From an uncultured bacterium (GTDB taxonomy: Bacteria; Acidobacteriota; Thermoanaerobaculia; Multivoradales; JAHZIX01), in the NCBI GenBank assembly GCA_965368975.1, contig CBDUPA010000038.1, positions 1 through 29,745 on the forward strand: DNA of 29,745 bases, read 5' to 3'. Every line of letters begins with the position of its first letter. Within the stretch, counting starts at the first letter, position 1. The notes below the pieces were generated by a model. It searched no databases, had not been told where the DNA came from, and was given only the letters and a program-made list of their open reading frames with translations. The position numbers and the translations under genes are program-made. This document shows positions 8,465 to 18,900 of this stretch, piece after piece.

Positions 8465-9444
8465 TCGAGTCGAAGAAGGCCCAATATCCGGTGACCCAGA
8501 TGTGCCGTCTTCTCGGTGTCTCTCGTAGTGGCTACTACGCTTGGCTCTCTCGTGGACAGAGCGGCCGAGAGCAGGCAGCACGTCGACTGCTGGATCAGGT
8601 GCGTCAAGCCCACCGTGCCAGTGACGGGACCTACGGCAGCCCGCGGGTGCACGAGTCGCTGAAGCGACAAGGCCTGCTGGCTGGTCGACACCGTGTTGCA
8701 CGATTGATGCGTGAAGATGGACTGGTCGGTCGTCCGAAGCGGCGCTACCGCCAGACAACAGACTCGAGGCACGACCAGCCCGTTGCTCCTAATGTGCTGT
8801 CACGGGCCTTTCAGGCTGACGAACCCAATCGAACTTGGGTCGGCGACATCACCTACATTCAGACCGCTGAGGGCTGGCTCTACCTGGCGGTCTTGCTCGA
8901 CGTGTACTCGCGTCGTGTCGTGGGCTGGTCGATGGGTCAGGATCTCAAGGCTGACCTGGCCCTGGGTGCTCTGGAGATGGCTCTGGGGCGTCGCCACGTC
9001 GAGCCCGGCCTGCTGCACCACACAGACCGGGGCAGCCAGTATGCGAGCCACCGCTACCAGAAAGCTCTGAGTAAGGCTCGCATGATCTGCAGCATGAGTC
9101 GCAGCGGCGATTGTTGGGATAATGCCGTGGCTGAGAGTTTCTTCGGGACGCTCAAGACCGAGTTGGTCCACCGAAGCTCGTGGCAGACTCGCCAGGAGGC
9201 TCGCTCGGATCTCTATGCCTACATTGAGGGCTTCTACAACCGCCAGCGGATCCACTCGGCGCTGGGCTACCAGAGTCCAGCGGAATTCGAGGCATCGGCG
9301 AAGAAGCCTATGGAAACTGCCGTGCCCTCGGAAATCGCTGCGCGATTCCCGCCGTCACTTGGAAAACGCTGCGCGTTTCCCACAGTTCCCACAGGCACTG
9401 CTCCTGTAGGTATATTGATGAAGGAAAGAATGGTTACGACTTAG
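8461..9444 (+). CDS. IS3-family transposase OrfB (rve/DDE integrase core)
   Basis: GVSRSGYY, YGSPRV and the DDE motifs WVGDITY, HTDRGSQY, DNAVAESFF, plus YNRQRIHSALGYQSP. It lies in the -1 frame relative to orfA, with a GTGA start/stop overlap at 8461-8464. Confidence 0.95.
   Translation: MIESKKAQYPVTQMCRLLGVSRSGYYAWLSRGQSGREQAARRLLDQVRQAHRASDGTYGSPRVHESLKRQGLLAGRHRVARLMREDGLVGRPKRRYRQTTDSRHDQPVAPNVLSRAFQADEPNRTWVGDITYIQTAEGWLYLAVLLDVYSRRVVGWSMGQDLKADLALGALEMALGRRHVEPGLLHHTDRGSQYASHRYQKALSKARMICSMSRSGDCWDNAVAESFFGTLKTELVHRSSWQTRQEARSDLYAYIEGFYNRQRIHSALGYQSPAEFEASAKKPMETAVPSEIAARFPPSLGKRCAFPTVPTGTAPVGILMKERMVTT
9306..9396. repeat. Multi-branched inverted-repeat element inside the IS 3' end
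   Basis: Outer arms GCCTATGGAAACTG (9306-9319) and CAGTTCCCACAGGC (9383-9396) enclose two similar hairpins, GGAAATCGCTGCGCGATTCC (9330-9349) and GGAAAACGCTGCGCGTTTCC (9361-9380). Confidence 0.75.
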
Positions 9445-9474
9445 GAACTGTGTCCACTGATCCGGGCAAGCTCA

Positions 9475-9829
9475 CCACACGCTCCCCCACCCCGCGAAGC
9501 CGCAGCTTCATCTGCGCCCCCGCCCCCGGCTCGACCCAGCCCGGCACCTGGACATCCAACGCCTCGATCCCCCGCTCCAACAGCCGTCCAACCACCAGCA
9601 ACTCACCCTGCCCAAACGCCCCATCTCCGTCGAAATCCACCCAGACATCCAGTTCCACCCCCGGCTCCCCATCCCAACTCACCGCCAGTTTGCCCATCTC
9701 CCCAGGCACCAGTTCTCCCACCCAGGTAGTCGACAACCCATCGATCGTCTGTGCACTCGCTGCCGCTCCCACCAACGTAGCCAACAGAATGCAGAATGTA
9801 AATCGAATAGCCAAGGTGAAACGTTCCAT
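9475..9829 (-). pseudogene. N-terminal remnant (signal peptide plus GEVED-like domain) of a paralog of the giant surface protein, cut by IS3
   Basis: AAGGAG lies 6 nt before ATG 9829; MERFTLAIRFTFCILLATLVGAAASA is signal-like. WVGELVPGEMGKLAVSWDGEPGVELDVWVDFDGDGAFG...MKLRLRG matches the giant protein's WMDDVVPGETARLLVGWRGQPGTQLDLWADFDGDGAFG...LRFRLRG. The frame then runs into the IS right IR and stops at 9434. Confidence 0.88.
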
Positions 9830-9895
9830 CTCCATCTCCTTACAAATAGCCGGGATAGGCAAGCCCACGGCAATTCAACCGATCCTCGGAACAAT

Positions 9896-9935
9896 AGGGC
9901 GGCACGACGCCTCGGGCTTGACGCCGCGCCGCCCT
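9896..9935 (-). terminator. Probable intrinsic terminator/hairpin after the giant gene
   Basis: Minus-strand RNA AGGGCGGCGCG...CGUGCCGCCCU forms an 11-bp stem with one G-U pair, followed by AUUGUU. It starts 17 nt after the stop codon. Confidence 0.55.
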
Positions 9936-9952
9936 GTCCCCTCCAAATCGGG

Positions 9953-12900
9953 CTACGGGTGGACCGCAGTCCACTTCGAGAGATCACGTCCCTCGAAATC
10001 GTCTGACAGCAGAGGGCTCACACTCGGCATGTCCAACTCCACCGGATTCGGTAGCCCTAGATCGATTCCGCTCGGACCAGCCGCCTTGCCAGCATCTTGG
10101 AACTCGAAGAAGGAAACGTTGCCTTTCTTGTCCACAGCTTGCAAGAAGTAGGTCAGCGTGTCCCAACCATCGGTTGGACTGAGAGGCAAGTAGCCTTCCC
10201 AACGCCCCGATTCCTCGCTGAACGTCAGATCGATTGCTTTCCACTCCTGGTTGGCCTCATCATCGTAGACCACAACCACGCGCCATACTTCCGAATCTTC
10301 GTCCGTCACGGGCACGGACCAGCGTACAGTCGAGTCGTGGACCTCGTGGTAGGAGTCGGCATCTTCGAACAGTGGCCCTTCGCGATCACAGTTGTCGTCA
10401 GCTTCTGCACCTCGGAAGTAGAAGGTCTCGATGGAGACGTCGCGGTACAGACGGTGCGTGAGCAGCCCGTTACCCTCGTCGTGTAGCTCGGCGGGGATCA
10501 AGCTGAGCTGGTTGATGGCGGTATCCGTGGCGCGGCAGTCGTCCTGCCCGAAGAGCGATCCGGGACGGGAACCACCACGGGGGCGGATCATGATCTTGCG
10601 CGGCAGGGAGCCCGGATCGAGTTCTCCTCCGTTGGAGACCAGACGGGCAAACACCGGTGTCCAGTTGGACTCTTCAGTGTACTTGCCTCCCTTCCACAGC
10701 ACTCCGTGCTGGCTCGTGTTGGACACCCGGGTATCCCAGCGCAGAACCGGTTCGACGGGCAGATCTGCCGCCGAGGTGGCTCCGCCATTGAGGGTGTAGT
10801 AGCAACCCGCGGGCTCACCGTCGGCGGGTGGCGGGCAAACCGTCAACAAGGGGATCTGCTCGCCGGACGCGGTGTACTTGGCGTAGGCGAGATCGCCCTT
10901 GATCGAGAACTGCGTAGCCGCCACCAGCAGATTCGGCTCCGTCGTCTCGACGGGCTCCTCCTCGGCAGCAGTCACGCCGATCAAGTTCTTGGCGATGGCT
11001 GCTTCGGTAGCGCTATCGGCAATGCCGGTGATGATCGTGGTCATCGGGAAGCCGTAGAGCGTCCACTGCAACGAGGTCTTGACGTCATAGGCATCGAACT
11101 CTTCGGCATCCTCGTCGAAGTACCGGTACTTGGCGCTATGCACCGCCTGACCGACCGTCAACTCGCTGGCGCTGGTGAGTTCTTCGGTGAAGATTTCCAC
11201 CAAGCGTTCACTGTAGCCAACGGAGTTCTTCAGCCCCCAGCCGAAACCGGAGTTGGCGATGTAGACCAGGGCGCCTCGATCGAGATAGGTCTGGGCCAGA
11301 TCCCACGGACGGTCCAGAGTCGTGGCGCCGCGGTCTGGTACCGGCAGTCCTCCATGACAACCAACGGCGTACAGGACACTGCCGTATAGATCCAATCCGG
11401 CGTCGATAGCAGCGGTGTTCAGACCCTGGATATCGTCGAAATCATCGCCGGGGACACCCTCTTGATAGTGCGTGGCATGCCCGTTGAGGCTGATGATGCC
11501 GTAGGCACCTTGCCCGAACCCACTCATGTGCTGCAGCAGGATGTTGGACCGCTCGCCGACCGTCTGGTAGCCCCACGTGGACCCGATGAGCTGGCCATAG
11601 ACCGGCTCGAGCGACGCGGGATCCTGCGTGGGCGCCAAGGCCTGCCGCCAGATGTTGCGAATGCGTCGACTGGAGTCCTGGAGGAAATCGTAGCCGGTGA
11701 CCAGTACACGCCGGTCACGCTGGGTGAGATCGAGCTTGCCATCGAGTTCCAGGAAGCGGTTCAGGCTGTCGACAATCTGCGCGGGCTCCTCGAGCAGACG
11801 CCCCGTAATCAGGAGAGGTAGGAAGTTCCGCTTCCTGTCCAGGTCGTCTCGACGAACCTTCACACCGCCGCGTGCCACCAATGGATCGTCGGAGAGGTAG
11901 CGGTTATCTGCCAGAGCCCGGCCGACCGTGGTGCGGGTGGCGGTCAGTCCAAGTGCGGAGAGTCCTCCAGGCGAAACGTAGTCCTGTTCCGACGGGTTCA
12001 GGGTCCTATCGCCGATGCGGGCCAAGGGCACGATACGGTCGTCGCCGACCAGCATCAGGTAGCCGTTGGCGCGTGCCGCTTGAGCACCGAAGCCGAAGTT
12101 TCCATCGAGGTCATAGAGACTGAGTACAGAGTCCAAGAGTATCTGGATGCCGGATATCTTTCCGCCGCAGACAGCAGGTTCACAGCCGAACAGCACCTCG
12201 TTGGCTCGGGCGGCCTCTTCTTCCGGATCAGGACTTCCCGCATCCCAACGTTCGTACAGTGCGGCCAGATCTTCGGAGTAGCCGAGATCGAAGATCACAC
12301 CGTTGACGCTGCCGTGCCCAGCGAAGTCGCTCAGCTTTGCCTGCAGAGCTTCGAGATCCGCCGCCGAAGCTGCCTGCTGGCTGCGCATGCGCTGGAAATG
12401 CGTCAGGATGACGGTCTCGACATCGGTCGGTCGCACGATCGAAGCCTGATGCGTCGCGGAGTTGTTGCCAGGTTCGAGATCGGTCGGTGAATCTGCCTCT
12501 GCAGTGAAGACCAGGGAACCTTGATCGACATCGGGCACCTTGCAGCTGAACAGGTACCACAAGGAACTATTTGCCGGGAGACTGACTTCCTCCTGCAGCT
12601 CGAGGCCCATGCCGACCGGCTGGAATCCCGTGGCCTCACCGGTAGCTGTCGCTTCCCAGCGGCACGCGGGCTCGGACCCCGTGAAGTTGGCATGCAAGCG
12701 CACCTGCTGTGCATCCCAAACGCTCGCATTGCTCACCAGCAGATGGTAGATCATGCTGCCGCCAGCAGCCACGGTGTCGACACCACTGGTGATCTGGACC
12801 ACGATGTCGGCGGGCTTGACGATCGCGTTGACGTCGGAGTCCTCGTTGTTGTCAGGATTGAGATCGTGTTGACCGTCGATCAAGGCCGAACTGACCACAG

Positions 12901-15900
12901 TTCCCTCCGCACCATCCGCCAAAGAGCAGGTGATTGCGTAGCGAACGACGCCATCCGCGAGCATGGAGACATAGACCCGGAGGTCGCGGCCGCCTTCGTC
13001 CTGCTCGACGGTGAAGTCGGAGCCGGACGGCGCCCCCCAGGTGCACGACGTCAATTCCGGCGCCAGTGTGGTGGTCAGCAGTGCCGAAGCGACATCGCTG
13101 GGGCCGCGGTTCTCCACGGTGAGTGCATAGACCACCTGCGTGCCGGCAACTGTGTAGTCATTGCCATCGTCCAAGGTGACTTCCAGATCGGACTCACGAA
13201 TGACCTGATCCTTATCCTCAGAGTAGTTGTTCCCGGGAGCCGGATCCCCGTCGAACTTTGCCTCTGCGGCGTACACCAAGATGCCGTTCGCGGTCGAGGA
13301 GAGCTCGCAGTCGAGTTCGTAAATGACACTCGTGTTGGCGAGCATGTCCAGATTGGCAACGAGACTGAGGCCAGAGCCCGCAGCATTACCCGTCACACCT
13401 GCGACCGGGTCGCTTTGCCAGTCACAGTCGAGCTGGGACGGACGCTGATCGCTCAGCTCGATGCCCAGTGCATCACTGGGACCGTGATTGGTAACGGTGA
13501 GCGTGTAGCTCACGCTCTTGCCGGCCACGATTTCGTCGACCCCGTTGGTCAACGTCACTTCGATGTCCGGTGCGACCTTCAACGCACTCTCGACCGTGTC
13601 GGTGTTGTCGGTCAGGTCCGGGTCGATGTCTTCGGGATCGACCTCGACTGTCGCCTGGTGGACCACGGTACCCGTCGCGGCGGCATCCAGCGTGCAGTTG
13701 ACACGGTAGTGGAGTTCTCCGCCCTCCTGGATCGCGAAGGTCGCTCGCAGCGCCGTGGAATCTGGTTGTAGCGCCGAGACCCCGTCTTGACTGACGAGTT
13801 GCCAGGAGCAAGTCTTCTCTTGCGCGGCGGCCTGGTCGATCAACGTCACGTCGAAGGCATCACTGGGGCCCTCGTTGACCACCTTCAACTCGTAGCTCAC
13901 CTCGCCTCCGGCAACCACTTCTCCGGTGGGATCGGTGAGCTCAAGATCGACACCCAGATCGGCCCGGCGCAGGAGCGTGTCTGTATCTTCCGCCCTGTTG
14001 TTGCTGGAATCGGGGTCGGTGTTGGTGGCATTGATACGCGCTACGTTGCCCAAGCTGCCGGGAGCCGCCTCCGGATCGATCCGGCAGGTGATGCGATAGG
14101 TCACGTGGCTATCAGCCGCCAGATCCAGGACTTCATTGAGACTGGTTCCGCTCGTCGTGGTGTTGCCCGTCACGGTGTCCACCAACACGTCGCTCTCCCA
14201 ATCGCAACCCGTGAGCTGGTTCGGGAAGTCGTAGGTCAGCGACGCACCGGTGGTGTCGCTCGGCCCCAGGTTGCGCACGTCGAGCGTGTAGGTGACGTCC
14301 TCGCCGGCCTTCACCTCGGTCACTCCGTTGCTCAGCTCGATGGCCAGGTCGGACTGGCGCACTACGGTGAAGGAGTTCGTGTCCTCGTTGTTGCCCGGCT
14401 GCGGGTCACGGTCCACCTCGGCTCGAGCAAAGTACTCGAAGCTGCCGGTGGTGCCGGACTCGACGTTGCAAAGACCGGAAAAGGTAATCTCCGTGCCGGC
14501 CGGCAAGGAAAGTTGGGTAGCCAACGTAGAGCTGGTCGTGTCGCGCTCTTCGCCCACACTGTCAGGCGCCACGATCGACCATGTGCACTCCTCCCCGTCT
14601 GGCGGCAGGTCGCTGGTCAGCGTCACGCTGGAAGCGTCGCTCGGGCCGCCATTGGTCACGACGAGCGTATGGGTCACCGTCTCGCCGGCTATCACCTCGG
14701 CGGGTGCGTGGCTGTCGGCGGGTGAGTGGCTGAGGGAGACGACCAGGTCGGAACCTTCCACGATCGGATCGTCATCTTGGTGCTGAGCAACGATCGGATC
14801 GGGAGATCCAGCTGCAGTGACCGTCACGTTGTTCACCAGGTTGCCCATGGCATTGGCCTGTACCGTACACGTGACCCAATAGGTGACCTTGCTACCCAAC
14901 GGCATGAGCAGAGTAGCGTCCAGCTCGGAGACTTCGATAGGACCGGGATCGTTACCGCTGGCACTACCCTCAGCAAGACTGGTCCAGGCGCAGTCGCTGA
15001 GTTGGGTGGGCAACGTGTCGGCCACGGTGACCGCAGCCGCGTCGCTGGGGCCATTGTTGATGATCTCGATCGTGTAGGTGATGTCGCTGCCGGCCACGAC
15101 TTCGTCGAGGCCGTTGCCCTTGGTCACCGAGACGTTGGGCACCACCTGGATCTGGCTGTCCAGCTGGGAGAAGTCGTTGCTGCCATTCGGGTCGCCGCTA
15201 GTGTTGACATTAGCCGACACCGTGTAGATGCCCGTGGCGCTCGACGGCAAGCTGCACTCTGCGGTGTAGGTCACGGAACTGCCCACCGACAGCGCCAGCG
15301 TGACGTCGAGCGGAGAACTCACCACCGGTTCCGTCGAGCTCGACCAGATGCACCCGATCAGAGGCGAGGGCAAGGTGGCTGTCAAGGTCACGGCATCGGC
15401 GTCACCGGGGCCGTGATTCGTCGCGGTCACCTCGTAGCTGATGGCAGCGCCCGCGATCGACGACGAGCGCTGGTTCACCACGACCGCCACATCCGGCTGC
15501 ACTGCGATCGAGTGATCGGTCGTCGACGTCTCGTCACCCAGGTTTGGATCGTCGTCCGTGCCAGTGAGCTTCGCGGTATTGATGAGCTGCCCCCTGGCAC
15601 TCGGGGCCAGGTCGCACGTACCGTCGTAGGTCACCGAGCTACCTGCCGGCATGCTCAGCGTGGCCGGTAGGCTGGAGTCGTTGCCAGTGGCGCCGCCGAC
15701 AGCGCTGCTGCTCCAGGTGCAACCACTGAGGTCATTCGGCAACTGGTCGCTGAGGACGGCCTGCGTATCGCTCGGACCGTTATTGGTCGCGACGATGGTG
15801 TAGCTCACCTTCTTGCCAGCGACCACCACGCTGTCCGGGCTGAGCGTCTTGCTGACGCTCAGATCCGCGCTCTCCTGGATCGTGAGACGGTGGGTCGCCG

Positions 15901-18900
15901 TATTGTTGTCCGGAGTCGAATCACCGGTGGCGCTGACCGTAGCCGTGTTGTCGAGCGTTCCCATGGCGGCGGCCGAGACTGTGCAGGTGATGTCGTAGGT
16001 CACGGAACTGTTTGCGGGCATCGACAGCGTGACATCCAGACTGGAGCCGGCCCCCACGACCGGGGTCGTCACTCCGCCCAGGATCTCCGTGGGCTCCCAG
16101 CGACACCCGTTCAGGTCCCCTGGGAAAGTATCCGTCAGCCTTACCGAGTTGGCGTCACTCGGCCCGTCGTTCTTCAACTTGACGCTATAGGTCACGTCTT
16201 CGCCGGCCGCGACGGAGGCCGGTCCCATCTTGGAAACACTGACGTCGGACCGCTGCTCGATCGTCGCAGTGTCTTCAGCGGTATTGTCGACTGGGTTCTC
16301 GCCTGACGTGACCGTCACCATCGCAACGTTACGCAGGGTTCCCGAGGCATTGGCGGCCAGCTGGCAAGTACCTGTATAGGTCACTGAGTCCCCCGCCGGT
16401 AGCGACAGCGTCGCCGGCAACGCAGCTCCGCTGGTGGTCGCCGATCCCTGCAGAGAAAAGTTCCAGTTGCACGAGTTCAGCTCTGACGGCAGATCGTCAG
16501 TGAGTTCGACCGACGGGGCATCGCTCGGACCATCGTTCTTCACCTTGATGTTGTAGACGACCTGATTGCCCGCCAGCGGGTCTCCTCCGTTACGCCCCTT
16601 GGTGACGACGAGTTCGGAGAGCTGCTCGATCGGATCCGAGTCAGTCGCCTTGTTGTCCTGGTCGTCCAGATCATTGCTCAGCGTGATCGTGGCGGTATTG
16701 ACGAGCGTGCCCGTAGCGTTGGATGCGAGTGTGCAGGAGACGGTGTAGGTCACCGTACTATTCGCCGGCATCGTCAAGTTGGCGGGCGGGCTGTTGGCAT
16801 CCACCGTCGCACCGCCCGTGAGTACCTGACTCCAGGAACAAGTCTCGAGTTCAGACGGCAAGGGATCTTCCAGCAGCACCGAGGCATTGCTAGGGCCATC
16901 ATTGGTCACCTCAATGTCGTAGCTGACCGACCTTCCCGCCGTCACGGTTGGCTGACCGTTGCTCTTGGTCACCGACACGTCCGCGCGCGCAACAATCGTG
17001 TCTTTCTTGGTAACGGTGTTATTGCTCTCGTCAGGATCGCTCGCGCCGTCGCCCTCGATCTGCGCCTTCGCAAGGTAGACCAACTCACCGATAGCGTCGG
17101 CGGCCAGCGTGCAGGCCACGTTGTAGGTCACTGAACTCGATACGGGCAGCTGTAGATCCGCCGCCAGTACGACCTCTTGCCCCGTGGGGCCATCGTAGGG
17201 GGCACCGTTGACCGTGCAACCCGTCAGGTCGGTCGGCAGTGTGTGCAAGAGCGTGACCGAAGCGGCGTCACTGGGCCCGTCGTTGTTCACGTTGATCCGG
17301 TAGGTCACCGTCTCACCCGCGACCACCTCGGCTTCCACGGTGTCCACGCTTACGACCAAGTCCGACTGCTGCTCGATCGGCGTGGTCAGTTGACTCGTGT
17401 TGTTGGTAACTACGCTGTCAGGGTTGGACGCCGTCACGGTGGCGTCGCTAATCAAGCTACCGGTCGCACCGGCTGGCACGGAACACTCGGCCTCGTACGT
17501 CACGGACGTCGATGCTGGCACCGCCAGGGTGACCGACAACGCGGCGCCACTGCCAGCCGGATCATCCGTCGCCGTGTTCGTCCAGCTGCACCCCGTCAGC
17601 TCGGACGCCAGAGACGCTGCCAGCGTAACTGATGGGTCATCACTGGCACCGTGGTTGGTGGCTCTCAAGGTATAGACCAGCGGATCGCCAGCGATTGCCG
17701 TCGAGGGATCGGTGGTGAGGGAGACGCCGAGGTCAGAACTCTGGACGATCATGTCGTCGTGGGTAGAGCTGTCGTTGGTGGGGTCGAGATCCCCACCCAA
17801 GCTGATCGAAGCCGTGTTGCTCAAATTCCCCGTCGCCCAGGAGGCCAACGTGCACCCAACGCTATAGGTGGCGGAGCTACCAGCTGGCATGTCCAGGGCC
17901 TGGAGCAGCTGCTGGCCACTACCGTTGCTGGCTCCCGTGGCTCCGCCACTGACCATGACGGTCCATGAACAATTCCCGACCACGCTAGGAAAGTCGTCCT
18001 GAACACGAACCTCTGCGACGTCACTGGGCCCTTTGTTGGTAACTGTGATCGTGTAGCCGACGTCGTCACCCGCCGTCACGAACGTGGCGCCACTGGTCTT
18101 CACGACCGAGACGTCCGCACCTTGAGTGATGTCGTCGGTATCGGTCGAGCTGTTGTTGCTAGGGTCTGGATCAGGTATCGAGGACGTGACCGTCGCTGTA
18201 TTAGTAACCGTACCCGTAGCATCTGAGGCCAGAGTACAGGCACCGATGTAGAACACGGAACTGCCCGCTGGCATGGTCAGCGTGGCTGGCAGCACAAATC
18301 CGTTGCCGGTAGCACCGCCACTCGGCACGCTCGTCCAAGTGCACGAGAGTTCGGGCGGCACTTCATCTTCGAGCGCAACCTCGGGCGCATCACTAGGCCC
18401 GTGGTTCTCCACGGTGATGCCATAGGTGAACACCTCGCCGGCAGTCAACTGGCCCCGCTCATTGCTCTTTCGAACTTCGATATCCGCCTCGTAGGCCACA
18501 GTATCGGTATCGGAATCGCTGTTGTTGCTCGAAGAGCTGTCACCTGCCGCCATCAGGACAGCTCCTACCGTGACCTCTCCAGTCGCACTCGAGGACAGCA
18601 CACACGTTCCGGTGTAGCTCACAGTACTGCCCGCCGAGACACTGAAGGTGGACGGATTGCTCCAGGAGCAGGTGAGGTCCGAGGAAGCGCTCATGGTCAG
18701 CGTCACCGTGTCTGCATCACTTGGGCCATTGTTGGTGACCTCGACCGTGTACGAAGAGGAGGTTCCGGCGATGACCGAGTCGACACCATTGAAAACTGTC
18801 ACGCCGACATCGAACTCGCGGGTTACCGTCACCGTCTCGGAGTCCGAGTTGTTGGACGTATCGCTATCTTCGCCTGTCGTGACCATCGCCTTGGTGGTCA

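Larger units (their letters stand above)
8094..9474 (+). mobile_element. IS3-family insertion sequence (1,381 bp)
   Basis: TG...CA ends. IRL is TGACCTTGCCCGGGTTTGGCGGACACC (8094-8120); IRR reverse complement is TGAGCTTGCCCGGATCAGTGGACACA (9449-9474). orfA/orfB organisation is present. The flanks (…TCGTTG | CCACAC…) show no direct repeat. Confidence 0.93.

Noticed and set aside
9434-9868. 144-aa ORF as a complete small protein
   Set aside because: The last ~13 codons come from the IS right end, and the RBS supports a start at 9829. It is a truncated paralog.
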